From positions 4,715,241 to 4,779,240 of the forward strand of contig OZ316899.1 of NCBI GenBank assembly GCA_973895155.1: a DNA stretch of 64,000 nucleotides, written 5' to 3'. The notes below the pieces were generated by a model. It saw nothing but the letters and a program-made list of their open reading frames with translations, was not told where the DNA came from and did not search any database. Source of the DNA: Marsupella aquatica. Lineage: Eukaryota; Plantae; Marchantiophyta. Both the position numbers and the translations under genes were made by a program. Within the stretch, counting starts at the first letter, position 1. Each line of letters starts with the position of its first letter. Positions 41,101 through 54,952 of this stretch are shown here, piece by piece.

Positions 41101-44100
41101 TGAAGGCTTGTTTATTAGTTCTTCTATCCATTCACAATGGTGAAATCTGTGCTCTTTTCAAAATTAATGCTATTCCAAAGTTTGATGGGACATCATACCA
41201 TATCTGGAGGTCCCGGATGAATTTGTTTTTTTCTGTCCGCCCAAGGTTTAGTTGGTATTGTTGATGGAACAGTACCAAAACCTACAGCGCCTGCTGCAAC
41301 AGGAACGGTAGCATCCATGACTGGGTTACCAATGGTCCAATTGCATTATCGCAAATCCTCTCGCCAATTCGCAAGTGCATCACATCAGCTCAGCAACTAA
41401 TTCTGCTGAAGCCTGGACGAAGTTGGAAACTCTCTACCAAGTTCAAGATGGAGTAACCAAGATGTATCTCCAAGATGAGTTACAAACTCAAGATGGAAGA
41501 TGGGGAGAGCGTCCACCACTTCCACACTTTCATTGATCAACGCTTCTCAGCTGAAGTGACAACTACTAATTCAAGCCAATTTCTGGCACTGATGCGATCA
41601 ATGCCCAACAGTTATCGAAATCTGCTGATTTCTTTGCAAGGTCAAACTAACTAACTTATCACTCCAGAAAGTGACCACATATCTTCTCCAAGAGGAGCAG
41701 ATGATGAACACAGAGGCCATTGAACCATCAACAGCTCTTTTCGTTGCTCGAGGCGTTGAATCTCCACCGAACAAGACAACAACTGTACACCGTCGGAGGC
41801 AAGGTGGCTACACACAGCGAGGTTCTGGTCAAGGATGAAATCTTTCTAAAGGCGTAGGTCCTTTGAAACATAAAATTTCTTCCCAGTCCTTCCAACAGAG
41901 AAGAAACGTCTTCTACGACTGATTGGCAGTCTCCATCATCATCTAGTCATCAGGCCAATTACAAAAAGATGAAGTGCTTCTATTGTCAACTGCAAGGCCA
42001 TCACATTGATTGCCGCAAGAGAATCGCAGACCAAAAAAGCTGAGCAAAATGGTCTGACTTCTCAAGCAAACATCGCCTCTCAACTTGTGCTCGCAGTTGC
42101 ACATTCAGTTCCGAATCCTGCGATTCCCGATATTTCTTGATATCTGGACTCTGGAGCCAATCACCACATGTCTCATTTCGGTGAGTACTTTACGAACTGC
42201 GGTAGTTATAATGAGCTACAGGTCGTTTACGTTGGAGACAACTCCACTCAAATGATCCAGGGCTTGGCCAAGTCACTATCTTTCTTTTCGAAAAGCACCC
42301 AATATACAATCTCTAATCTCCTGCACTTTCCAGGGCAGTGTGTTTTGCACGATCCTCAAGGTGAAGTTATCACCACTAATTAACTGATAAAAGATTTAAA
42401 TAAATGGGTGAAACTATTTTTACCTTCACCAATTGTTGCTGCCAATATAAGTTTTCCCAACACTTCTGAAATCCGGCATAGTCATGTGGGACACATTAGT
42501 GCTGCCCGTATTTCTGAACTGCAATCAAAGAAAATGGCTGAAGATTTTCCTGATCACCTTCATTCTCATAATTCTTCCTGCACATCTCGTCTGTTTCGCA
42601 AATAGACTAGAAATCTCTTTTCCACCACCCCTGCTCATAGAGCCGTGGGCATATTGGATTAATTCACAGAAACATTTGTGATCCAATCTCCCCCGCCTGC
42701 TCACTCGGGTTTTCGATACATCATTCTCTTCATTGACCTTCACGTTCTACTACGGTTTATCTCTAATGAACAAGTCAGATGCTCTTCCACGAGTTTCTCG
42801 ATTTGTGACAAACGTGGAAACCCTGCATCAACCCCGTCGAATTAAGATGCTGCGTTCTGACAATGGTGGTGAATAGTGGTCATCAGCCTTCAACAAGGTT
42901 TGTATTTCTCGACAATTTACAGCACCACACACTCCGGAACAAAACGGGTTATCTGAACCCAGAACCGTACCCTCATTAGTTCTGTTCGCTCACTGTTGAC
43001 TCAATCAGCTCTTCCAACGACGTACTGGGGTGAAGCTCTTACAAAATAGATCGCCTAGCAAAGCGATGCCACCATCTAAAGCTGAATATGAATTGTGGTC
43101 CCTCACAAACTACCTTATCTCATCTTACTCCCGCTTTTGCAAAGATAACTGATATATCCTATTTTAAAGTTAGATTTTCGTTCTGAGGAATGCGTTTTTC
43201 TTGGCTACAGTGACCAAACTCGAGGTCTGTGTCTTGAAAGCAAAAGGGATAAAAAGATTTTACTTTCCCGAGATGTTGTTGTCTTTGAAGAACAGGTCGG
43301 CTCTGCTATTTCGGACTCTCCAACTGTTTCTTCTGAAGCTGAAGATCTAGCTCTCCGTTCAGACCCTAAAATTTTCCGATGCTCTCTTAATTCAATTCTC
43401 TCAGTTATCCCTCTCCTTCCTCATCTGCTCCATCCTCACTCGGAGCACCATGTTCGCTTGCTGCATCTCCCTCACCTAGTCATTCCTCTCAGGTGTCTCA
43501 TACCACACCATCTTCCAATTCCTCCCGGCCACCCTCACCTTCTTCCCCTGGTGATAGTCGAACTTTCCTTCACCATGAAAGGGGTTCAGAGGCAACCCCA
43601 CCACTTGTTCAGACAGACAAAGTGAAAAAATCACAAAAGAAGTTGAGCGTTACGATGCTGTCCATGAAGCTCAGAAGGAGAAACAGAAAAGGTGGACCTT
43701 ATTCACTTCATCCAGTGTATTTTCTGACCAATACCTATGAACGACCAACGACTGGACCAGATGCACATCACTGGAAGGCTGCCAATTCTGAAGAACTGCA
43801 GAATATGCCACCATGCAAGCTTGGACACTCGTTCCACTTCCTCCAAACAGAAGTATCGTCGGCTGTCGGTGGGTTTTCAACATTAAACCCACATATGATG
43901 GAAAAATACAAAGCTCGTCTAGTCGTCAAGGGTTTCACTCAAGTTCCCGACGTTGAATATGAGGAGAAGTTCAGTGAAACTACAATCCCTAGCCGTCGAC
44001 TTCTGATAGACTTAGCTGCTTGTTTCAATCCTGAACTCCATCAGATGGACGTGATTGCTGCTTTCCTATATGGGTTTCTCCAACAGCAATTTTTTATGGA

Positions 44101-47100
44101 CATCCCTAAAGGGCTCGAAGTCCCTGATGCTAATCTTGTCTGTCTTCTTGACAGCTCTATTTACGGTTTAAAACAGTCGGCCAGAATGTGTACCAAAGGT
44201 TCCACTACGCTCTTTTAAACACTGGTTTCACAAGCACTAGCGCTGACTCTAATATCTAAGTCTTACACAAAGAATTAGCTTTTCTTTTCCTCGCATTATA
44301 TATGTCGATCACACCATTCACTGGCAAGCAGTACAGTGAATTTTCCGCTACCTTAAGGGCACTCAACACTATTACTTGCAGTACAAACAATCAGATATTT
44401 TCTGATGCATCCTACGGCGACGACATCGACTCCTGGAAGTTTACCTGCAGATTTTGTTTTCTACTGGCATGGGGAGCAATCAGTTGGTCGAGCCGGAAAC
44501 AAAAGTCGGTGGTCCTTTCCAGCACCGAGTCAGAGTACATTGCAATGACGAAAGCCTGCACTGAGGCAATGTGGCTTCGACGTTTGATGTTAGTGATTGG
44601 CTTCGGCCAAAAGATCACGGAAAATGGTGTGACAATCCGACTGCTATTACTCTGGTTCATGCTTCCAACACTATGATCGACCTAGTCATATAGATATCCA
44701 GTATCATTTCATCAAGGATCAATTTCCAGTGGTGAGATCAAGATACTCTACATTCCGACCATAGATATGACTGCTGATATTTTTACTAAGGATCTACAAA
44801 ATGGACCTCACCAAAAGAATACAAGATCTCTAGGATTAACAACTTCCACTGATATAAATGATGACTTGTTAACATGAAAGTGAGTTTTTAGGGTTTAGGG
44901 TTCATAAACTAGTACACTTTAACTATTCATCCTGTTAGTCAGTGTGTTAGTTAGTCAATCCTAGTAGTGCTCACATGGATTGATACCCACTAGATTTACT
45001 TGATTCCTGTTGAATAGTTCTATCCCCTAGATCTATTTAGTGCGTCTGCATATTCTTATAGATATATATGAACTGACACACTTCTAGATTCACCTTCAGG
45101 TGATACAGAGAGAGGCACACCTGTTCAGCGTGACAATTAGCGTAGTCGTTCTCTCTACTCAAACTAGGAACATCGTATCGGCTTTACTGTTGTCAATCAA
45201 TCTATCTGACTTCAATCGCGCACAATCATTCTTTCTTTTGTATTAACAATTTCACAATACTAAACCACAGTTGCCCACGAAAGAGAATAGCAAATTTCTT
45301 CTTCTAAAAGGGCATCTTATTTCATGAACACGTGAAGTTCTTCAAAGCTGGAAAATTTATACCACACCCAAATTCGAACTATACCCAAATTTCCTAAATC
45401 TCAAAAACCTCCCGAGATAAACTCGCTTCTCACATGGCTTCAGATAAATTTCTCCACCCTTGTCTCACTGGACCCATCCTCCTCTTAGGGGTTGATAGCA
45501 TCATACCCCTTCACTTGCCTGTCATGGTGTATACTCTTCTAAGGCGCTTGGTACGATCATCAGTTGCCTATCATGGTGGATACTCCCTCGTTTCAACCCA
45601 CACACGACGCTCTCTATACTTCCACATAGTCCAACAACTAGTGGCCAAACCCGGAAGAACCAACCTAAAATGGGAGGCCATATGGTTACAATTCGACCCC
45701 AGCCAGTTATTGATCTCAACCAAAACTGCCACCTATGCTACTAAGTCTTATGACAATTGGTCTATTACTGGCTTTAGAAAGGCAATGCTTAAACATTCTC
45801 TCATATTGCAAAGTGGGTTTACCTTAACCTTCTGTCCAATGTAAAAAAGAACAACTAAGATTCTGTGAAGCTTCTACATTTTAATACAAGCCCAACAAAT
45901 TTAAGATTTTACTTCAAAATTTCAGGTCATGAATCCCAAGGGCTTTGCAAGTCAAGTATATTTTTGGAGCACAATATATCCATGGAACGTTATGCATTGA
46001 CTAACAAAGGTATGACCATGAATAATGGGACTTACCATGATTCGAATTGCCGAAGAGAAGTGAAAATTTCGGGTAGTATGAAATTAAGCAATGACCAAAG
46101 TTCTGAGAGGTTGTTTTGCAATGGAGTGCCAGTTAACAATAGTGAATTTTCAGTAGGAATCATCTTCAGCTCCCGGATAAGCTTGCAATCAGAATTCTTT
46201 AGTCTGTGGCCCTGTTCAACATGACAGTCTTCTATTTTAGCAGTCGTAAGGACCGTTTTCACAACCATGACATACGACGGGTAGGGAAAAACTGTAACCG
46301 TGAAGTACAATTTTAATATACCGAGATTTACCTCATCCACTATGACATATTTCCATTTTCGGCGACATAGATATCTCCGGTCATGAATGGCGACCTCATA
46401 TGATGTGACAATGATGGGAAAATCTGAAGATATTGTTGAGGGCATAGACCTTCTAATCTCTCCCCTTTCATACTTGCTGCCATGATAAAGGAGTACGGGT
46501 AACGTTGGAGCCCACCTGCAGTCACATTTTCGGTCATAGCATTCACAAGCATTGCATAAGCTTCACGTTGTAGTAAAATTCTTCATCCCAATTTGTGTAG
46601 GACACATTCGCCACATTTCGATCCATCACACCACAGGATGAATAGTTTTTGAGCTTGCGGTGAATTTCTCAACATGTAAAATCAGTCAGTATACAACTAG
46701 AAGCCAATTGAGAAGGGAACTGTTGCGCATCACTGTAATCAGACAGAATTCAAGCGACAACAAAAGCGTTCAGAGACAACCTTATAACCTCATCCACCCA
46801 ATTAGATAGTGTAGACAGCGGAGCACACACGAGGAAAGGGCCATACATGCCTTTCCCCTTAAGATGAGCAAGCAGTCCGATTGCTTGGATTGTCTTACCG
46901 AGACCCATCTGGTCCGCAAGAATTCCGTTTAGCCCATTTTGCCAGAGTGAAATAAGCCATTTTACACCCTTCAGCTGGTAAGATTTAAGTATACCACCTG
47001 TGAGAAAAGGTATGAGCTCCTTTTGCTCCCTAGATATGCTTTCGTTCTCAGTTGGAAAGTCTTCCCCACGTATACCAACATCTTCTTCATCATTGGAGAA

Positions 47101-48019
47101 TGTGAAGGGAGTAGCTCTTGCGGGCCCTCGCTGATGCCTGCCACAAGCACTCAAAATCGTCAGTATGGAATATGCCCCTGCTGGACAATGAACAATGTTC
47201 TCTCACTTTTGATTGATCCGAACGACCACTTAAGGGCTCAATTCGCGAAGCTTAGAAGTACGCTTACTCTGACGCCTGCAACTTTGTTTTTATCTCCATG
47301 AGCCTCAATGCCAATTCTTTGAATGTGGATAGACCCCAACTCTAGGTTCTGTTCGCGATTTATTAACTTCCACGCCTCCTTTAGATCTCTTCTGAAGTCT
47401 GATTGGCGACATAAGATGACCATGTTTCAAGGGAAAATTGGAAACGAGCAACTGGCATAAAAGCAAACAAACTCCAGCCATAGCAACAATGCTACAGGTC
47501 GTCATTGTTGAAGCATGCCTTGAAGTAGCCTTCGTCCCAAACCCACACCATCTTTCTTTAAAGTTCATTTTATAATTGCATTTGATGTCGCCATATCAGA
47601 CCCCAATCAGCACCAATGCCAGCAGGCCAGTCGGTGATAGGACGGAGAAAAAGACGTTATCTACATCAGATTCCGTAAACCATCGTGCAAATAAAATGAT
47701 CAACCGTAACTGATCCATGGAAAAGGAACACGATTGTCACGCGGAAACCAGAATCGACTATTGCCTTCAAATCACAAATTCGGACAAATTCTAATACAAT
47801 TCACGCAGCTAAATTGACACGGAAGCCTCTCCATACCAATTCTATATTATCCATTTTCTCGAGGAGAAACTCCGAGTATAACTGAGTCTGACTTAAAAGG
47901 GCATCCAGTTTCTTGTACATTGAATCCCCCAGTATCGAATATCGAGAATGAGAAGAATTCACTTTCAATGGAACATCTTTCGCCATCTCCACTTCCAGTG
48001 ATCTCTTGTGAGGCCTCAT
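38193..48019 (-). CDS. DDM1: DDM1/LSH-like SNF2 chromatin-remodelling ATPase (N-terminal half visible)
   Basis: Exons with splice sites: ~48019-47837 ([20 protein letters not shown]); a possible small exon near 47340-47268; 47137-46781 ([38 protein letters not shown]); 46515-46332 (VTSYE..KYVIVDE); 46211-46036 ([26 protein letters not shown]); 39211-39142; 38379-38193 ([15 protein letters not shown]). The ADQMGLGKT motif and the N-terminal motif are typical of plant DDM1. The start codon and C-terminal exons are uncertain. Confidence 0.88.
39700..40090. repeat. Degenerate ~100-120 bp tandem repeat (about 4 copies) in a DDM1 intron
   Basis: Recurring tttgata..gtggagaaagatacc..ctac..tccaaa..ttctaaa..attaga.gatgc units. 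Confidence 0.55.
40480..45256 (+). mobile_element. Degenerate Ty1/Copia element inserted antisense in a DDM1 intron
   Basis: TG..CA ends with TSD ATACT (40475-40479 and 45257-45261). LTRs at ~40480-40840 and ~44910-45256; PBS TGGTATCAGAGC at 40841-40852. Remnants of gag ([12 protein letters not shown]), integrase (LRSDNGGE), RT ([19 protein letters not shown]) and RNaseH (LSSTESEY). Confidence 0.93.
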
Positions 48020-49636
48020 CTCGAGGCGAGCATTAACAACAGTTCAATTTTCCTGCAACCAAGCATTTTGCCAACGGACAAATTCAGAAGCAAAAGCTGT
48101 TGCCAAGTTAGTTACGCCCTTAAGTTCGCATGGACTTTGTTTCAGGCCGTTTCGAGGCAAAAACTTTGTATTAGACAGTTTATCTCAATCCGAATAGGAA
48201 ATGTAGAGGGTCCTTTGAATGTGATTGAATGTGATTGAATGTAATCTGCACCCACCTCAAAACTATACGGCCGATTTAGTAATAGAAAAGTCTCCATGTC
48301 CTAAAACTGAACCGACACCCTGAGTCGATAATATTATCCCAATTATGAGCCAGACAACGACTGGCCCCAAAAGAAAGTTCTCCAAATTTAGATCACAGAG
48401 CCGGATTTAGCATTTTTATAATTTGATATTCGATACACAATATTGTGACGGTCACTTTGCATCCTCTAGTCTATTTCTGGTCGATTTAAGGATTCCACAC
48501 TACTTCCCCCCCCCCCCCCCCCCCCCCACCGCCCCGTTAGCCATTGACAAAACAACTTCTTCAGCTTCTGCGCCTCTGCCTCTTTCAGATACGTCCCTCG
48601 TGAAAGACTTCTGTAAGGTCTGGTAGCGCGACACATCAATGATGGACTTCTGTATTGAAAATTCCTAGAAAAATTAATCAGAAAAGCTTCGGAAGTAATG
48701 ATTCTAACAGTGGAACGACATTGAACTGGACAACACTCTGCAATCAAACATTTGCAGTAGACACTCTCGACACTAACCGATTGCACTTTTTGCCCTGACG
48801 AATACACGCCCGGAGCGATATCGCATGACAATAAGAAATGAATGCTTCAAAGTTTAGAACGTGTGAAGAGTAACCAATCGTCGCCCGTGAGAAGACTACG
48901 CCTTATTTGGAGCGCTATTGCAAAATTCTGCCCCGGAAATTCGTTCATAAAATAAGGAGGGAACGGGTGTCAATCGTCAAAAACCTGAACTTTGGTTCTA
49001 CTCACGAACATAATCGTATCTTTAGGAGTGTCTGAACCCTTGCTCAATATCAAGGAAGCATGCGAAACTCATGTAACACGAAACAACCTATAAAAAGAGC
49101 GGAAAAGTTATCACGCGAGTCTGACACAGTAACGGGTCATTGGCCTAACTTCAGTTCAATATTTCAACGGGTATCACTACCAAGCGAGCAATGGGGAAAG
49201 TTTAAAGTCACTCGGTCATCAAGTTCAGATCCACCTCAAATGTACAAATGGACTAATGAGCCCATGATAGGCTGCCCCAGGGTGACATAGCGGGTCATTG
49301 TGACTTGCGAATAAACAGGAAAAAATTTACTCTCATGAGCAAAAATTTATTCACATGACCCCTAATTTGTTTATCTCCAACTGCCTCCCTAACAAGAATC
49401 TGGTTAATAACAAACATTTTTGGGACTCCTCATGTTGATAGCAAACTCGCTAGCCATGTGGAATCATAAAAAAACACACAAAAATATAAAAGGCAGCAAA
49501 AAGCAAAAGAAATTTAAAATCACTAGTGTCCCGCTAACAACTCTCATCGCTAACAAAATTCCTGTTTGCTCGCATTATACAATACCATGTGACAGCCATT
49601 GTGGTATACAAGGGGGGGTTATTTGGTTTGAAGTAG

Positions 49637-52600
49637 TGTCACGTCGTCATCCTAGGCCTTAACCCAGGCTTTGGCTTAGACAGGCACATCCTTTATAAAT
49701 ATGAGGGTTCGGGCAGGGAGGGACGCACGAAATGCTCCTAATTCACGTAAACTAGCGCTAAGTGAGCTTACTGTTATGTACAGACACCTCCTAGGTATAG
49801 TTTGTGTTCCGCCGCCGGAACGTACTTTAGTCGACACGGGGTCGACCCCGGCTCACGGACTTCTAAGCCTTCGTGTTACCACCTTCGATCCGGATCCGTT
49901 AGTACAAGAGCTCAACCCGGGCTCGCAACCCCGTACCCGTATCCTGCACCCCGTGCACGGTTGGCATAACGTGTTCGGCCCGGCATTGATACTTGCACAC
50001 GAGACTCATACATGCATACATACATAACAGAAATCTCGATTACACGAAGGAATTTAAGGAGAAAGGATTTCATTCATTCATGATCATACACTTTACGATT
50101 GGTTGACCCGACACCTCGTGAACGACCGGGCCCAAGGCCAAGGAGTATACACTACAACGGAGCCCGGCTCCGCACTCGCCCAACGAGCTTAGTCGTATAC
50201 CCTCCCCTTGGTACTCCAGTACTTCACCGAGTTTGGGACTCCCCGTGCGTACTGCGAATGGCCAACTTCTGAGTCTAAAATCCCCCTCCCTAACCTCTAC
50301 TAGGGGGGCCGCTAAATACTAAGGGCTGAGGACCGGCCTGGCCTCGTGCCCGAATCTACGCTAACTTATATCCCTACTAAGCTGGTGCTTACTTGTCCTA
50401 TTAGTCTAACCTATTCTACACAGGCTGGCTAATGTGTCAGCGCCGCTATCTTCTGGCCGGCACTTGTCCTACCAGCCTGTTTTAGCTACTCCTAAGTCTA
50501 TTCTAAGCCTAATCCTCCGCTAATGTCTGGTGCGCTTGCCAGAGCCGTCCAAGTGGGAGCGGCCATCCCGCTGCCTATGGAGTCTGTCGTTGTCCGCCTT
50601 GAGGAGCTGGACTTGGTCCAGAGAGATTTGTTTTCTCGCTTCACCGCGTCCGTCTCCTCAACTGCCTCCTGGCATGCCTCTTCCAGTTGTTGGGCGTTGC
50701 TCGTCAGCTTGTCCACCACCTGGGTCTGTTTCCCGGCTTCGGCTTGAAGCCGTGCCACTTCGGCCTGTAGGGTGGCAATCTTCGCAGTGTCACGCTGGGC
50801 CCGCTCTTCGGCCTCCTCTAGGTCTTTCTGCTAGATGATAGTTTGGTTTTTCAAACTGTCAACCTGGGTCCGGAGCCGTGCAATCTCGGCCTCCTTCCCG
50901 GCTTTAGCTTGTTCGGACAAGGCGGTAAGGGCATGCGCATTTGCTAACAACTCATTGGCGGTTGCAACCTTGGGTTGTAGTTGCAGAAGCTCAACCTCTT
51001 GAGCTGCAACTTCATCCTTTAGGTACACGGATTCAACCCGATACCGCTCTATCCGCTGAAGGGCCTCCGACTGAGCCCGACCTGCTTTTACTGTGGTAAC
51101 CAACTCCTAATTGAAGAAGTAGGCTACCTTTCGAGCCATGAACTCCCCGGTATCCCGGGCTATCTGTTGGGAGAAATCTCCCAAAAGCCCATTTAGAAAT
51201 GTACTCGGTACGAAGAGTTCCGGGTGGTCCAGGTTATGCTCGTCTGGAGTTGGGCACGGGCAGACGTTAACTCGCGTGGGAGTCGGGGTAGTGATATCCA
51301 GCCCTGGGGATGTAGTGTTGGAAGGGGCTGGAGTGTCCTCCTCCACCATCGGGCCGTCCTCTAGAATAGCCACTGGTGGGTCTTCTGGACCTTCGGGCTC
51401 GGGCAAGGCCTCCACCGCCCCAACTTTTGCACCAGGCCCCGCCTGGTTCATTGCGGCTAAGGTTGCAATCACTGCCTCTTCCGGTACTTCTTCGGCCACG
51501 GCTACCGCTACCTGTGGAGGTTGGATGGGTGAGGCCTGCATCGCCGCCGGACTTCAGGCCTTGGGCTGAGACCGTCTCTCCAAGGCCGGGAAGATCCACT
51601 TAGTCGGGACCAACTTAGTTACGTTGACTCGGGGAAGGGTTTGTCGATCAAACCGGGCGTACCGCTCAAGAATGATCTCGATGTGGCTGGCAAAATATGC
51701 CTTCCTGCCAATGTATAGCGACTTCCGTTGTCACTCCATCTCTTCATGGAACTTCTTAGCAAAGTACAAAGCCCACTTCCTGGGTCGATAGTTCTTGACC
51801 TGGATAACCTGGGCAGCGGAGATCTCACCCTGGGGTTCCATCATGTGGAGGGCGTACCTTTGGAACTCCAGCCGCTCAGCTATCTCGGGGATGAGGCAGG
51901 TCCTCATCACAAACCCGTTGTCCACTGACCCCTCGGAGGGAAAACTCGAGGATTGGTATTTGGCTCCCTTGCCCCCGGGAGCCCGTGATTTGACTCGGTG
52001 ATCGCCCTTGAGTAGCCCAAAGATCATCCTGAGCCGTTCCTCTATGAGGGACATATTCCTCCCCCGCAGCCGAGTATGCTGACGGACGTCATCATAATTC
52101 TTGACGAACTCCGTCATGTCCTCCCCGTAGTATCTGCAGGTGTTCCAGGGGAGAGAGGCGAGGTGCTCGAACCCCTGAGTCTTCAAGTACATCGCATGTT
52201 TGGGGTGGAGGATGTTCTTATGCACGTTTTCCCCCATACGGTGCATTGCTACCTTGGTCGCGGCTACCGTGGCCATGGGTAGCCCGGATATAGCTGCAGG
52301 TTCCTTCCTCTTCCTTCCTCGAGACTGGCTCGGGGAGGGTGACACCTCCCCATCCTCTAGATCGGGTGTAGGTAGTGCCACCGCCGTTAGTATTGGGGCC
52401 GGGGCGGTTATGGTCACCGTGTTGTCTGTTGGAGCCGCTACTCTGGTCCGGGCCTGGGGAAGGGGCGATGTAGTGCTGGCTCCCTGGGTACTTACTCCTC
52501 TAGGCCACCTGAGCAGGGGTAAGGTAGCCTCTTTGTCGTCGCTGAGGTCCACAGCGTTGATGACGGATCTCACCTGTAGGGGCGGGGGTTGGCTAAACTG

Positions 52601-52977
52601 AGGCGGAGCCTGAGCCTGAGCTGGTGTTGGTGCAGGCACGGCTGGGCTGGCACCGTGGTCGATGGTGTGGTTGTCATGAAATTCTGTAGGTGCCGGTAGA
52701 GGTTTTCTAACGCAAGTGTAGGCGCCCTTGTAGATCGGGTAGCGCTGGACTTGTTGTTGATGATTTCTCGGACCCGAGTGGGGATGTGGTCAAAGTGGTG
52801 CCGCCGCTGTAAGTCGATCATGCCCGGGATATTGAAGACCTCGTCTGGGAGCCAAAGCAATGCCTCCCAGAAGCCGATATATTTGCCTCCGTCGAAGAAG
52901 TACCCTGATATTTCTTTGAGTCGGTAAAGCTCGCTCTGGGACGGGTAATCAAAGTTAAGGAGATAGTGATGGCGGCC
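49637..52977 (-). mobile_element. Accessory-ORF element copy C' with LTR-like end; truncated by the Mutator-like element
   Basis: ORF pieces 50498-52860 are colinear with copy C (HPKHAMYLKTQGFEHLASLPW, FMARKVAYFF). The terminus TGTCACG at 49637 shares blocks with the solo LTR. Confidence 0.75.
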
Positions 52978-53877
52978 GGGGTATTTACATAAGACAAGAA
53001 ATAGGAAAACAGGAAACCCAAAACAGGAAACGATGACAGGAAACAGGAAACCGAATATAGAAAACTTCAGCGAAGAATGCCCAAAAATTTTCTGGTGTGA
53101 ACAAAGAACTTGACATTCAAAACAGGACGTTTAGAAGATTCAAGTCGAATGCACAAAAAATGGTCAAGAATAGCGCCAGGCGCTCGTTTAATAAGCTTAT
53201 GGGAACTGTACATTTAAAACCATTTTGACCGCTATCCGTTAGCGAATAGCAAATCCGTCCCAAAGAACAAAAACTCGTGTACAAGAAGATATCGAAGAAC
53301 GTGCAGCGTGTCGGTTGGGCAAGTGATCACACTAGTGCCTAGCGCTAGTCCTTTTGGTTGTGGAAGAACCGTTGTCGTCCTTGATGCCAGCCTTAGATGT
53401 GGTTGTGTTGGGAGTAAAACCGTTCTCACCATAAATGCCAAGGATGGCATTCTCCTCACACCTCTTCGGCAGAGGCGGGTAACAACGAACCAAATCCAAC
53501 CAATTTGCACATCTGACGCCAATCCACAATCCACGAAGTCTTGTGATAGAAAATTAATTTACTAATATGGTAGCGCCAGGCGCTTACACAAGTTCAAAAT
53601 GATCTGAGGTGTCCACCCCGTAAACCGAAGGATCGCAAAATTCAAAAAGCAATGTGCATTGCACATCCTATGCCTATCGCTTGATACTACCAAGATGGTA
53701 AACTAGCGTCACTTGTCAGATCTATAGACAAGCGATGACAAAAATGGCTAAGACATGTATCAAATAATCTATAAGAGATAGATCAAATAAGCTGTAGCTA
53801 TACGCAAGACACACCCTAAACTGAACTCATCAACACATTTTGCACACTACGCAATGTCCATTGTGAAGGTGACCACA

Positions 53878-54354
53878 CTAGCGCCGGGCGCTAGTCCGCT
53901 CATTCGTAGATGAGCGACAATTGTCGTCGATTCCAGCTGCAAATCGGACTGAATCCGGAACGAACCCATGCTCTTGGGTCCTGATGTAAGAGGCAGATGG
54001 ACTTCGCTCGTCACCGCTTTGGGGAAACACGCCAGGAACGGTGGTACTATGGAAATCTACACGGCCAAGTTCTTCCTGTTTCCTCATTTCATCCTCCCGA
54101 GTTGGACTATGGGGAGGAGGTGGCCAGTGAACAGAAAACCTTTCCGCAAACCTCCTTGGCGGAGAATCCCTCAGCCACGGGATCAGCATTTCACCAGGAC
54201 TAATCGCTTCATCTTGCGGAAGGTTGAAGCGGTTGCGGAAGGCACTTGTTTCTGACCATTCGAGCTGTTCAGTCACGGCAACCAAACTCTCTTCCAAAAT
54301 GATCGTAGTGTGTCTTTAAAAGTAGGTTGCAGAGATTCTCCGGGGATTATCCAT
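53878..54354 (-). pseudogene. Small unknown ORF of the MULE-like element (one in-frame stop)
   Basis: ATG at 54354 gives MDNPRRISATYF*RHTTIILEESL..., in frame with ORF 53878-54297. Its C-terminus resembles that of ORF 53332-53529. Confidence 0.35.
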
Positions 54355-54952
54355 GGCAGGTCAGCGGAAGATCTCGAACACAATCGAAAGTGGAAAGCAC
54401 TATAAGATGATAATGGCGGATCACACTGAGAACTGATGCAATACAGGGCATTCAGGACTTAATCGCTCAAAGTTTATAGGGATTAGGGTGTAACCTCGTG
54501 GCGACCTTAACCGCCCACTCCATCCGGAAACGGTGGTAGCACCCTCAAACTCCCGTTATGGTCTAAAAAGGAAACGGTCGATTCAACATGAAACGGGCGT
54601 TTTCACCACACATGACCATCGCGGCAGACCAGACAAAATATTAACGAGAAATTTGACTGACGTCATCCAGAAGGTACGGGAGTACCAATTACCAGCGTCA
54701 TGGCCGTTATACAATTATAGTAGCGCCGGGCGCTACTATTATAATAGAAAGTGTACTTCGAGCGGACAATCCATGTTTACAACTGACATATAATATCTTT
54801 ATTGTACAGTATTTCTGGCATACATTTGGGTAGCGCCCGGCGCTAGCATAGTTGCACTAAAAAATACACCCAAATTAACAATAGAGATCCAAGTTAATCT
54901 GAGCACTCCGATTCACTGGATTCGGACCTGTCGGTAGATTCTGCCTCAATGT

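Noticed and set aside
48466-48831. ORF as DDM1 first exon
   Set aside because: No recognisable DDM1 similarity, a poly-G tract of uncertain length, and no frame-consistent join could be established.
49751-49760. CTAGCGCT half-matches to the palindrome (also ~44237, 53703, 62390)
   Set aside because: Only half sites, which are expected by chance.
48020-53000. Functional link between DDM1 and the neighbouring MTase-carrying MULE
   Set aside because: The MULE is inserted in another TE about 5 kb upstream. Adjacency is adequately explained by TE accumulation, and no sequence evidence links the two.
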